From: an uncultured Coriobacteriaceae bacterium
Lineage (GTDB): Bacteria; Actinomycetota; Coriobacteriia; Coriobacteriales; UMGS124
Direction: 5' to 3'
DNA: 64,000 nucleotides
Assembly (NCBI GenBank): GCA_964619775.1
Contig: CAZUFB010000001.1
Coordinates: 13,847-77,846 of the forward strand
Part shown: positions 26,812 to 35,860 of the stretch, one piece after another
How positions within the stretch are numbered: the first letter of the stretch is position 1
How the letters are laid out: each line of letters begins with the position of its first letter
The notes under the pieces: generated by a model
The model's input: only the letters and a program-made list of their open reading frames with translations
The model's database searches: none
What the model was told of the DNA's origin: nothing
Made by a program: the position numbers and the translations under genes

Positions 26812-28221
26812 ATGGAACGGGAGCTGGCGACAGGTGGCGGCGCGCCGTTGTTCGAGCAGGTGCTCGCAGGGGGGCGGAGGCTGGCGTTCGGCCTTGTGGG
26901 GGAGCACCTGGGGCACAGCCATTCGCCCGCCATCCACGAGGAGCTGGGCAGCACCCCCTACGACCTGGTCGAGGTTCCGCGCGACCGGGTTGCGGCCCTC
27001 TTCGCCTCGCGCCGCTTCCGGGGACTCAACGTGACGATTCCCTACAAGCGCGACGCGGCCGCCGCCTGCGACGTCCTGTCGGACGCCGCGCGGCGACTGG
27101 GCAACGCGAACACCCTGGCGGTGCTTCCCGACGGGACGCTGTTCGGCGACAACACCGACTACCACGGCTTTGCGCGCGAGCTTGCGTCGACGGGGGTCGA
27201 GGTTGAGGGGCGTGCCTGCCTGGTGCTCGGCGACGGCGGCGCGGCGTCCACGGTGCGCGCCGTGCTCGCCGACGCCGGTGCCCGCGAGGTTGCGACCGCG
27301 ACCCGCCGGGGCGGGGCGGCGCCCGAAGTCTTTGACGACGCGGGGCGGCGGGTCCCCTCGTCCCACGTGACGCTGGCCCAGCTTGCCGATCCTTCCGACC
27401 CCGACGGCGCGGCGGTGCGCATGCGGGCCGAGGTCGTCGTCGACGCGACGCCGGCCGGCATGTACCCCCACGCCGACGACGCCCCTCTCGTCGACCTGGC
27501 GGCCTTCCCGCGTCTTGCCTGCGTGTGCGACCTGGTGTACAACCCCCTCGCCACCCGGCTTGTGCAGCGCGCCCGAAACCTGGGCGTGCCGGCGGCGGGC
27601 GGCCTGCTCATGCTCGTGGCGCAGGCGCGCCGCTCGAGCGACCTGTTTCTGGGGGTTGAGCGCGGAGAGGACGTCGAGCGCTCCGTGTACGACGCGCTGC
27701 TCGGACGCCTCGCGTGCGTGAGCCTCATCGGCATGCCGGGCTGCGGCAAGAGCACCGTCGGGCGCGCCTTGGCGCGGGAGCTCGGCTGGGAGTTCGTCGA
27801 CGTCGACGACCTGGTGCCCCTGCGGGCTGGCAAGCCCATCGAGCGCATCTTTGCCGAGGACGGCGAGGAGGCGTTCCGCATCCTCGAAGCCGCCTGCACC
27901 GCCGAAGCCCTTGCGCGACCGGGCCGTGCGGTTGCCTGCGGGGGAGGGGTGGTGACCCGGCCGCACAACCTTCCCGTCTTGCGGCAGAACGGTCCCGTCG
28001 TCCTGCTGACCCGCGGCCTCGAGGCCGAAGACGGCGAGGAGCTGCCGGTGGACGGGAGGCCCGTGAGCCGGGCAAAAGGCGTGGAGCGCCTGCGCGCCGA
28101 GCGCGCCCCGCTCTACCGGGCCTGGGCCGACGCGTCGGTCGACCCCGTACCCGGCGACCCTGCCGCCACCGCCCGCCGCGCCGCCGAGACGGTGCGCGGC
28201 CTGCTGGCGAACATGCGGTAG
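26812..28221 (+). CDS. aroE/aroK: Bifunctional shikimate dehydrogenase / shikimate kinase (AroE-AroK fusion)
   Basis: The AroE part has HSHSPAIHE, NVTIPYK and GDNTDYHGF. The AroK part begins near 27715 with the P-loop LIGMPGCGKSTVGR, then FVDVDD and ACGGGVV. One 469-aa frame, with GAGGAGG RBS. Confidence 0.85.
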   Translation: MERELATGGGAPLFEQVLAGGRRLAFGLVGEHLGHSHSPAIHEELGSTPYDLVEVPRDRVAALFASRRFRGLNVTIPYKRDAAAACDVLSDAARRLGNANTLAVLPDGTLFGDNTDYHGFARELASTGVEVEGRACLVLGDGGAASTVRAVLADAGAREVATATRRGGAAPEVFDDAGRRVPSSHVTLAQLADPSDPDGAAVRMRAEVVVDATPAGMYPHADDAPLVDLAAFPRLACVCDLVYNPLATRLVQRARNLGVPAAGGLLMLVAQARRSSDLFLGVERGEDVERSVYDALLGRLACVSLIGMPGCGKSTVGRALARELGWEFVDVDDLVPLRAGKPIERIFAEDGEEAFRILEAACTAEALARPGRAVACGGGVVTRPHNLPVLRQNGPVVLLTRGLEAEDGEELPVDGRPVSRAKGVERLRAERAPLYRAWADASVDPVPGDPAATARRAAETVRGLLANMR

Positions 28222-28360
28222 CGGATCTCGAACGGCGTCGGTTGCAGCCCAGCTTCGGTGCCGCCTTCCCGGAACTCCTTCGGAGGGCGGGCGCCGTCCT
28301 GCCGTGCGCCGCGCGCGGCGCACGGACCGAACAACTTGCGACTGCGAGGAGGAACGAGCT

Positions 28361-28798
28361 ATGAAGGCCCTGGTCATCGACGGTCCCAACATCAACCTGC
28401 TCGGTCTGCGCGAACCCGGCATCTACGGCACGCAGAGCTACGAGGCTCTCTGCGCGCTCATCGGGCGTGCCGGTGCGGAGCTTGGCTTTGATGAGGTCGC
28501 CCACGTCCAGTCGAACCACGAGGGCGACCTGGTCGACGCCATCCAGCGCGCCCACGGCGTCTACGACGGCATCGTCATCAACCCTGCGGCCTACACCCAT
28601 ACGAGCGTGGCCGTCCTCGACGCCCTCAAGGCAGTGGCGCTGCCGGCCGTGGAGGTCCATATCAGCGACGTGGCCTCGCGCGAGGACTTTCGCCAGGTGT
28701 CCTACGCCCGCCTGGCCTGCTTTGCGACCGTGAGCGGCGAGGGTATCGAAGGCTACCGCCACGCACTGCGGTTGCTGGCCGAGCGCCTACGGGGCTAG
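28361..28798 (+). CDS. aroQ: 3-dehydroquinate dehydratase, type II
   Basis: MKALVIDGPNINLLGLREPGIYG, QSNHEG, INPAAYTHTS and EVHISD. 145 aa. Confidence 0.9.
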   Translation: MKALVIDGPNINLLGLREPGIYGTQSYEALCALIGRAGAELGFDEVAHVQSNHEGDLVDAIQRAHGVYDGIVINPAAYTHTSVAVLDALKAVALPAVEVHISDVASREDFRQVSYARLACFATVSGEGIEGYRHALRLLAERLRG

Positions 28799-28901
28799 AG
28801 CGGTCCGCAGCACCGCCGAGCGAAGCGAGTCGCGCGGGGACGGTGCGTGCAAAGGTATGCGTGCCCGGGCACGACGAAACGCGGCGTTTTTGCGGATTGC
28901 C

Positions 28902-31379
28902 CTAGTCGAAGGCCCGAAGGTAGCGGAAAGCGACGCGGCGCAGGGGCGACAGGCCGGCGCGCACCTGTTCGCAGGCTGCTCGGTAGGCGTCCTGGATGTA
29001 CGGGTCGCAGGGAACGGCGTCTTCGCCGGGGCCGAAAGCCGCGCGCAGGCAGTCCTCGACGAGGCGCTCGGCCCTGTCGGGGCCGATGGCCGGGACGGCC
29101 TGCGCAAGCGCCGCGGGGAAGCCCGCCTCGGTGCCGCCGTACCCCTGCAGCAGACCTCCGTAGTGAAGCACCTCGACCATCTCGGCGAGCACTTCGTTGG
29201 CCGGCGCCTGGGCGCGGCGCCGCAGCGTCCGACGCCGCCTCAGGGCCGCAGCGCCCGCCACGATGACCGCGGCGGCCGCTGCGGCCAACGCGACGGCGGC
29301 GGGAGAGGGCTGCCGGCCTGCGTCCCCTTCCCCTTCCTCTGCGTTTTCCTCCTCGCCCTCTTCCTCCACGTCGGTTTCTTCGCTGCCGTCGTTTTCTGCG
29401 TCCTCCGCATCCACGCCGCCTCTTTCTTCGGCGCCTGCGTCCGCCGTTTCCTCCTCCTCTTCCTCCTCATCTTCGACGTCTGCCGCCCCGTCGGTGTCAC
29501 CCTGTCCGTCGGCGCCCCCGTCGTCCTGCGTCGACGTTTCGCCCCAGGGCGCGGCCTCGCTGCCGGCAGGGGTCACCTCCACGGGAACCCATCCGAGTTC
29601 GTCGGTGTAGACCTCCGTCCAGGCATGGGCGTTCTCGCCGTCGGCCACGGCGGCCCACGTGCCGTCGGCCTGCTGCTCGAAGGCGGAGGCGGGGACGGCG
29701 AGGCCGGTCACGTAGCGCGCCGGGTAGCCGTAGAGGCGCAGCATGAGCGTCGCGGCGGTGGCGAAGTGCTGGCAGTAGCCGGCGTGGCCTTCGAAGAGAA
29801 GGTACTCGGCGACGTCGACCCCGTCGGGGAACGTTCCGGGCTCGGTGGTGTAGCGCGCGCTGTCGGCGAGGGTTTCCTGTACGAAGGCCACCGCGGACGC
29901 GAGGTCGGGCATGGGGTTGTCGGCCACAAGCTGCGCAAGGCGCGCCACCTCGTCGACGGGCACCTGGGTGTAGGTTTGCAGCGCCCAGGCGGCGTATGCG
30001 TCGTCGCCGTCCGTGTCGAGGGAAACCCCGAGGGCGACGATGTCGTCGTAGGTGCCAAGGTCGAACGCCGCAAACGACGCGGCCGCCGTCGACGCGGCAC
30101 CGCCGGCTTCTCCGGAGGCGTCGTAGGACGTGGGCACGGCGGCGTAGGGTAGCAGGTCGCGAGGGTCGAGCACGGCGGGGTCGGCGGTGACGGTCAGGGC
30201 GAGCGGGCTTGCTCCCCAGGCGTCGCCGTCGGAGAGGGCCTGCTCAAACGCCGCAAGGGCCAAGGCGGCATCTTCGTAGCCTGCAGTCTGGTCGTCGGCC
30301 GGCTGCCATACGCTGCCGCTGTACGTCCCGCCCCTGAAGTACGCCAGGTAGAGCGTCGCTTGCGGCTGGCGGTCGGCGGTCAGCTCGGCCACCGTGCCGT
30401 CCACGGCCGTCAGGTCGCCGCGGTTTACCGTTCCGGCGTTGCCCAGCAGCTCGGCGACTTCGGCGGCGCTTGCGGCGGAATCCTGCTCGTAGATGTCACC
30501 TCCGGAAGAGTCAACTGCCTCCCCGGCCTCGTCGTCGGAGGCGTCGCTTTCGGAGCGCTCGGCCGCCCAGTCGCGCACGGAGGCGGTCAGCTCGGCCGCA
30601 CGCAGGTCGAGGGCGCGTGGGAGTGCGGACAGCTCCTCCTGCCAGCGAAGGGCCGCCGGCACGGCGACCGCCAGCGCGAGGGCGGCGACCGCCAGCGCGA
30701 GGGCGGCGACACCGGGGCGCGTGCGCCCGAACCGCCGCCCGCCCTGGTCGAAAGCCAGCGCGAGCGCGTGGTAGACGAGCAGCAGGGCGCAGGTCTGCCA
30801 GCCGGGGTCGCACCCTATCTGGGGGCATATCAGCACAAGCGGGAAGGTGACGAGCGAAAGGGTCCAGCCGCGGTGGGCGAGCAGCGCAAGCGCGCACAGG
30901 ACGCATCCCGCAAGCGCCCCGGCCAGCCCCGCGACCACCGCGAGGTCGCCCGCCTGCGCGGCCCCCGCCCCGCTTGCGACGGCGTCCATTAAGGCGCCCG
31001 CCTGGACGCGGACGCGTTGGTGCAGCAGCGCGAGCATGCCGACCCAGCAGGCGAAGCACGCCAACACGGTGCGTCCGGCCCGGTCCGGCCACCACACGGC
31101 GTCGAAGCAGGCAATCAGGCAGGGGAGCATCCCCCATGCTGCGGCAGCCAGTGGGTCGCAGGGCAGGTCGGCCATCGTGCATACAAGCCGTGCAAGGCCC
31201 CACAGCCCGCACCACAGCATCACAAGCGCCAGCAAGTAGCGGACCGAGGAGCCCAACGCGCGCGAGGTGCGGGTCTCCTGGTTCGACGGGTTGCCGTCGG
31301 CCCGTCTGCCCAGGCGTGTGGCCTGCGCCCCGGAGGCGTCGATGCACACGGTTTGCCGGTGCGCCCTTCCGGCCTTCAT
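28902..31379 (-). CDS. Polytopic transglutaminase-like domain membrane protein (TgpA-like) with poly-acidic insert
   Basis: Start MKAGRAH (ATG 31379-31377) overlaps the DUF58 stop (ATGA). Multiple N-terminal TM segments. TGase core EGHAGYCQHFATAATLMLR...NAHAWTEVY...GWVPVEVTP. A D/E-rich stretch follows, then one TM and a C-terminal domain. 825 aa. Confidence 0.75.
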   Translation of the reverse strand: MKAGRAHRQTVCIDASGAQATRLGRRADGNPSNQETRTSRALGSSVRYLLALVMLWCGLWGLARLVCTMADLPCDPLAAAAWGMLPCLIACFDAVWWPDRAGRTVLACFACWVGMLALLHQRVRVQAGALMDAVASGAGAAQAGDLAVVAGLAGALAGCVLCALALLAHRGWTLSLVTFPLVLICPQIGCDPGWQTCALLLVYHALALAFDQGGRRFGRTRPGVAALALAVAALALAVAVPAALRWQEELSALPRALDLRAAELTASVRDWAAERSESDASDDEAGEAVDSSGGDIYEQDSAASAAEVAELLGNAGTVNRGDLTAVDGTVAELTADRQPQATLYLAYFRGGTYSGSVWQPADDQTAGYEDAALALAAFEQALSDGDAWGASPLALTVTADPAVLDPRDLLPYAAVPTSYDASGEAGGAASTAAASFAAFDLGTYDDIVALGVSLDTDGDDAYAAWALQTYTQVPVDEVARLAQLVADNPMPDLASAVAFVQETLADSARYTTEPGTFPDGVDVAEYLLFEGHAGYCQHFATAATLMLRLYGYPARYVTGLAVPASAFEQQADGTWAAVADGENAHAWTEVYTDELGWVPVEVTPAGSEAAPWGETSTQDDGGADGQGDTDGAADVEDEEEEEEETADAGAEERGGVDAEDAENDGSEETDVEEEGEEENAEEGEGDAGRQPSPAAVALAAAAAAVIVAGAAALRRRRTLRRRAQAPANEVLAEMVEVLHYGGLLQGYGGTEAGFPAALAQAVPAIGPDRAERLVEDCLRAAFGPGEDAVPCDPYIQDAYRAACEQVRAGLSPLRRVAFRYLRAFD

Positions 31380-32581
31380 CGGTCCGCCTTCACACGAGAA
31401 CCCGGCGCCGCGCCGCCCTCGGCGCCTCCGAAGGCTTTTGCCCCTTCCGTCCCCCGGCTCGCCAGCCGTACCGCGTTCGCGCCGCCGGTCAGGCGCCCAT
31501 GTGCGTCGAAGCGCGCGAGCACGTCGTCCCCGCAGCGCAGCGCGAGGTCGCCGCAGAGCACGAACGGCGCGCCGTCTGCCAGCTCCCGGGCGCGCAGGGC
31601 GGCCGCCGCGCGGGCGGGGTCGGGGCAGCTGCGTGCGGCCCACGCCTCGACGACCGTGCGCAGCAGCGGGCGCACGCCGTCGGGGGCGGTCACGGTGCGC
31701 TCCCAGGTTTGGTGGTCGCCGAAGGCTGCCGGACCCACGGCGTTGAAGGCCACGCCGGACGCGGCCATCCCTTCGGCGAGGTTGGCAGCCGCCTCGCACC
31801 AGGCGTCGAAGCGCGCGGCCGCATCGAGCGTCTCGGCGGCCTGCCCGTTGCCGGCGGCGTAGTCGAGCAGCAGCACGGTTGCCACCGGCTCCTCGCCGGC
31901 GAAGCGTTTGGTTTGCAGCTCCCCGGTGCGCGCCGAGAGCTTCCAGTGCACTGCGGCCTGCGCGTCGCCGGGCTGCCAGGGGCGCACGTCGAGCACGTCG
32001 GGCGGCTCGGGGCCGGGCCTTGTGCCCGCCGCGCCGCCGCCGCGAGCCGCCCTCCCGGCCCCGATGCCGTCACCCTCCACCGGTACGGGGTGCCCGCCCT
32101 GCGGCAGCACCACGAAGCGCGCCGCCGCGTGCTCGCGGCGGCGCGGCGCGAACAGCCCCAAGGGGTCGCGCGCCGTCAGGCGCGATACGCTCAGGTCCAC
32201 CGCCCCGCAGTGCCCGGCGTTCACCTCCACCGGCACGTTTAGTGCGCGGTGCCCCGACACGGTGCCGAACACGGTCGCCGTCTCGGGACGCCCCCCTTCG
32301 TCGGGGCGCGTGCGGTGCAGGACGACCGAGAAGGAGGCCGACGGCAGCAGGGTGCGGTTCTCCACGCGCAGCTTGGCGCGCGCCGTGCCGTCCCGCACGG
32401 CCTCGCCCTCTCCGGCATCGAGCGAGACGCGCGTCTGGGCGAGCGACCAGCAGGCCAAGGCCAGACACAGCACGACGGCGGCCCCCAGCGCAAGGCCCGC
32501 CGCGAGCAGCCCGAGGGTCCCGTATACGGCGCCGGCGTAATAGAGGGACAGCGCCGCAAGCGCTGCAAGCGCGCCGCCCAC
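31376..32581 (-). CDS. DUF58 domain protein (vWA-like, MoxR-associated)
   Basis: GTG start. Two N-terminal TM helices. RDPLGLF, DVRPWQPGDAQAAVHWKLSARTGELQTKRF and LLLD are blocks typical of DUF58. Confidence 0.7.
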   Translation of the reverse strand: MGGALAALAALSLYYAGAVYGTLGLLAAGLALGAAVVLCLALACWSLAQTRVSLDAGEGEAVRDGTARAKLRVENRTLLPSASFSVVLHRTRPDEGGRPETATVFGTVSGHRALNVPVEVNAGHCGAVDLSVSRLTARDPLGLFAPRRREHAAARFVVLPQGGHPVPVEGDGIGAGRAARGGGAAGTRPGPEPPDVLDVRPWQPGDAQAAVHWKLSARTGELQTKRFAGEEPVATVLLLDYAAGNGQAAETLDAAARFDAWCEAAANLAEGMAASGVAFNAVGPAAFGDHQTWERTVTAPDGVRPLLRTVVEAWAARSCPDPARAAAALRARELADGAPFVLCGDLALRCGDDVLARFDAHGRLTGGANAVRLASRGTEGAKAFGGAEGGAAPGSRVKADR

Positions 32582-32582
32582 G

Positions 32583-33584
32583 CTACGCGCCTGCCCGCCG
32601 CGGGCGACCGCCGCCCGCGAAGAGCGGGCGGGGAACTTCCTTCAGGATGTCGGAGAGCACGTCGTCGGCCGTCAGGCCCTGGGTGCGTGCCGCGGCGCTC
32701 AGCTGCACGCGGTGGCGCGCCACCGGCGCGAACTGCCGCTCGACGTCGGCGGGCGCGACGTGGTCGGACCCGCGCAGCCACGCCGCGGCCTTGCTCGTGC
32801 GCACGAGGGCGAGCGTGGCGCGCGGGCTTGCCCCGGTCGTCAGGCGGGGATCGTCCCGGGTGGCGGCGACAAGGCTTACGGCGTAGCCGAGCACGGCGTC
32901 GCCGGCGAAGGTCGACTGCGCCTCGCGACGCATCGCGAGCAGGTCGTCGGCGTCGGCGCGGGGCAAGAGGCCGTCGGTGCGCCTTGTCGGCGCAGTCTCG
33001 CGCGCCATGTCGAGCTCGGCCTCGAAACTCGGATACCCCATGCTCGCGCAGACCGTGAAGCGGTCGAGCTGCGAGGGGGGCAGCGGCTGGGTGCCCGCCG
33101 AACCGAGCGGGTTCTGGGTTGCGAGCACGAAGAACGGCTCGGGCACGTCCCGTGTGACGCCGTCGACCGTGACGGTGCGCTCCTCCATGACCTCGAGCAG
33201 CGCCGCCTGGGTTTTGGGCGAGGCCCGGTTGATCTCGTCGGCGAGCAGCACGTTGCACAGCGCCGCCCCCGGCCGGTACTCGAAGGAGCCGCTTTGGGGC
33301 CGCCACACCGAAAAGCCGACGATGTCCGAGGGCACGGTGTCGGGCGTGAACTGCACGCGGGTGCAGCTCAGGTCGAACAGGCGGCTGAAGGCGAGGGCAA
33401 GCGTGGTCTTCCCCACGCCCGGAACGTCCTCGAGCAGCATGTGCCCGCCGGCGAGCAGCACGGCGAGCACCTGCGAGGTGACGTCGGTCTTGTCGAGGAC
33501 CACCCGATCGACCTGGTCGAGCAGCTCGCACGCCTGGGTGCGCAGCCCGCCGTCGTAGCGCGCGCCGTGAGATGAAAAGGCCAT
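32583..33584 (-). CDS. MoxR-like AAA+ ATPase
   Basis: Walker A LEDVPGVGKTTLA, Walker B VLLADEINRASPKTQAALLEVMEE and FFVLATQNP. 333 aa. Confidence 0.85.
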   Translation of the reverse strand: MAFSSHGARYDGGLRTQACELLDQVDRVVLDKTDVTSQVLAVLLAGGHMLLEDVPGVGKTTLALAFSRLFDLSCTRVQFTPDTVPSDIVGFSVWRPQSGSFEYRPGAALCNVLLADEINRASPKTQAALLEVMEERTVTVDGVTRDVPEPFFVLATQNPLGSAGTQPLPPSQLDRFTVCASMGYPSFEAELDMARETAPTRRTDGLLPRADADDLLAMRREAQSTFAGDAVLGYAVSLVAATRDDPRLTTGASPRATLALVRTSKAAAWLRGSDHVAPADVERQFAPVARHRVQLSAAARTQGLTADDVLSDILKEVPRPLFAGGGRPRRAGA

Positions 33585-33722
33585 CTTGTCCGTTCCCCTC
33601 GGTTTTTACGGTCGGTCGAAGTCGCGGTGTCCGTGAGAGTATACAATCGTCCGGCGTAGTATACGTGCACCGCCGGCCGGCCGGCGGCCTGCGCGGAACC
33701 GACAAAGAGGAGTGTGCGACGC

Positions 33723-34367
33723 ATGGTCGACAAAACCGCCATCGCCAAGGGCCTGCTCGGCATCAAGGCCGTGTTCCTGCGCCCCGACGAACCGTTCACC
33801 TGGGCCTCGGGCATCAAAAGCCCCATCTACTGCGACAACCGCCTCATCCTGTCCTACCCCGAGGTGCGCGAGGTCGTGGAGGGCGGCCTGGCCCAGACCG
33901 TGCGCGAGCTCTACCCCGAGGCCCAGGCCCTTATGGGAACCTCGACCGCCGGCATCGCCCACGCCGCCATCGCAGCCTACCGGCTCGGCATGCCGATGGG
34001 CTACGTGCGCGGCAGCGCCAAGGACCACGGCCGCAAAAACCAGGTCGAAGGGTGCTTCGAGCCGGGCGCCAAGGTCGTTGTCATCGAGGACCTCGTCTCC
34101 ACCGGCGGGTCGTCCATCGAGTGCGCCCAGGTGCTGCGCGACGCGGGCGCCGAGGTGCTCGGCGTGCTGAGCATCTTCACCTACGGCATGGCGAAGGCCC
34201 GGGCCAACTTCGAGGCGGCGGGTTTTGCCCATGCGAGCCTGTGCGACTTCGACACGCTCGTCGAGGTGGCCGCCGCCGAGGGCTACATCGCGCCGGGCGA
34301 CGTGGCTCGCCTGCGTGCCTTCCGCGACGACCCCGCCGACGAGTCCTGGATCGACCGGCGCGGCTAG
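33723..34367 (+). CDS. pyrE: Orotate phosphoribosyltransferase
   Basis: FTWASGIKSPIYCDNR and the PRPP loop VVVIEDLVSTGGS. AAGAGGAG RBS. Confidence 0.85.
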   Translation: MVDKTAIAKGLLGIKAVFLRPDEPFTWASGIKSPIYCDNRLILSYPEVREVVEGGLAQTVRELYPEAQALMGTSTAGIAHAAIAAYRLGMPMGYVRGSAKDHGRKNQVEGCFEPGAKVVVIEDLVSTGGSSIECAQVLRDAGAEVLGVLSIFTYGMAKARANFEAAGFAHASLCDFDTLVEVAAAEGYIAPGDVARLRAFRDDPADESWIDRRG

Positions 34368-34537
34368 GGCGGCCCGCCGCGTGCGCGGCGGCACGGCCCA
34401 CGCTTGTGTTCCCGGCGTACAGCCGTCATGTTAAGACCCGGCGAATTTCCCCGTGCGTGCAAAAAGGCCGCCGCGGCGACGCCTACACTTGTCCCTGTCC
34501 AAACCGCGTTGATCAAGAAGAGGAGAAGACCGGCAAA

Positions 34538-35578
34538 ATGGCAAGCATCGAAAAGAAGGACCTCGACTGGGGCAACCTGAGCTTCGAGTACATGCCCACC
34601 GACTACAGTTACGTGTGCAACTACCGCGACGGCGCCTGGGACGAGGGCGGCCTCACCGCCGAGCACACCGTCACCCTGTCCGAGTGCGCGGGCATCCTGC
34701 ACTACTGTCAGGAGTGCTTCGAGGGGCTCAAGGCCTACACCACCAAAGAGGGCGACATCGTGTGCTTCCGCCCCGACCTCAACGCCTCGCGCATGGCCGA
34801 CTCGGCACGCCGCCTCGTGATGCCGCCGTTCCCCGAGGACAAGTTCGTGGAGGCCGTCAAGGAGGTCGTCAAGGCCAACGCCGCGTGGGTGCCTCCCTTC
34901 GGTTCGGGAGCCTCGCTCTACGTCCGCCCGCTCATGTTCGCCACGGGCGAGGTCATCGGCGTCAAGCCCGCCGACGCCTACCAGTTCCGCATCCTCGTCA
35001 CCCCGGTCGGCCCCTACTTCAAGGGCGGTTGCAAGCCGATTTCCATCTGCGTCTCCGACTACGACCGCGCCGCGCCCCACGGCACCGGCAACATCAAGGC
35101 TGGCCTCAACTACGCGATGAGCCTCTACCCCTACGAACTCGCCCACGAGCGCGGCTTCTCCGAGAACATGTTCCTCGACTCGCAGAGCCACACCTACGTC
35201 GAAGAGACCGGCGGTGCCAACTTCCTGTTCGTCGCGCAGGACGGCACCCTCGTGGTGCCTCAGTCGCACACCGACTCGATCCTGCCTTCCATCACGCGCC
35301 GCTCGCTGGTGCACGTGGCCCGGGAGATGCTCGGTATGACGGTCGTCGAGCGCCCGGTGCGCTTCGACGAGGTTTCCTCGTTCACCGAGTGCGGTCTGTG
35401 CGGCACCGCGGCCGTCATCTCGCCGGTGGGCAAGGTTGTGAACGGCGACCAGGTCGTCGAGTTCGCAAGCGGTATGGACGAGATGGGCCCGGTCATGACC
35501 AAGCTGCGCGAGACCTTGACCGGCATTCAGGAGGGTGCGATCGAGGGCCCCGAGGGCTGGGTCGTCAAGATCTGCTAG
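34538..35578 (+). CDS. ilvE: Branched-chain amino acid aminotransferase
   Basis: MASIEKKDLDWGNLSFEYMPTD, EGLKAY, YVRP, GNIKAGLNY, ETGGANFLF and GTAAVISPV. 346 aa. The track ORF 33572-35578 is trimmed to ATG 34538 (AAGAGGAG RBS). Confidence 0.85.
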   Translation: MASIEKKDLDWGNLSFEYMPTDYSYVCNYRDGAWDEGGLTAEHTVTLSECAGILHYCQECFEGLKAYTTKEGDIVCFRPDLNASRMADSARRLVMPPFPEDKFVEAVKEVVKANAAWVPPFGSGASLYVRPLMFATGEVIGVKPADAYQFRILVTPVGPYFKGGCKPISICVSDYDRAAPHGTGNIKAGLNYAMSLYPYELAHERGFSENMFLDSQSHTYVEETGGANFLFVAQDGTLVVPQSHTDSILPSITRRSLVHVAREMLGMTVVERPVRFDEVSSFTECGLCGTAAVISPVGKVVNGDQVVEFASGMDEMGPVMTKLRETLTGIQEGAIEGPEGWVVKIC

Positions 35579-35637
35579 CCGCCCCGATCGGTCCGAGGCC
35601 GGTTCGGAGAATTTGTGGAACTCGTCAAAAAACCCGA

Positions 35638-35671
35638 GGGCCCGTCTGTTCTCAGGCGGGCCCTTTTGTTT
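35638..35671 (+). terminator. Rho-independent terminator after ilvE
   Basis: 11-bp stem GGGCCCGTCTG / CAGGCGGGCCC with one G-T wobble. 4-nt loop, then TTTTGTTT. An A-run precedes it. Confidence 0.8.
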
Positions 35672-35860
35672 AAGCGTGACACAAATCGGGCCGCTGGTTA
35701 CGTGTTTTTGCCCGACGGCGACGGATATGCGACTGTTCTGCGTTTCTTGGAGCCCCTTGTTACCCGACGGAGTGAAAAAACTGATGGGATTGCTATCATG
35801 TCCTGTCGGTTATTATGCATGTGCTTTTGATAGACGCTCGATTGGATACAAAGGAAGCCC

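Noticed and set aside
24760-28422. Very long antisense or alternate-frame ORFs. Examples: 24760-28422 (-) 1220 aa, 49346-52387 (-) 1013 aa, 18263-20722 (-) 819 aa, 53351-55678 (-) 775 aa, 28857-30152 (+), 5486-7120 (+), 36701-38761 (-), 61639-63867 (-).
   Set aside because: Their translations are Arg/Ala/Gly/Pro/His-rich with no recognisable motifs. Each lies opposite, or out of frame with, a gene that has clear family motifs and an RBS. These are typical stop-codon-poor shadow ORFs of GC-rich DNA.
28861-28895. 14-nt perfect palindrome CGTGCCCGGGCACG plus a downstream GCGTTTTTGCGG, considered as the terminator between aroQ and the convergent TGase gene.
   Set aside because: The stem is short, and the T-run is separated from it and preceded by a second weak hairpin. 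It is plausible but too weak to annotate confidently.
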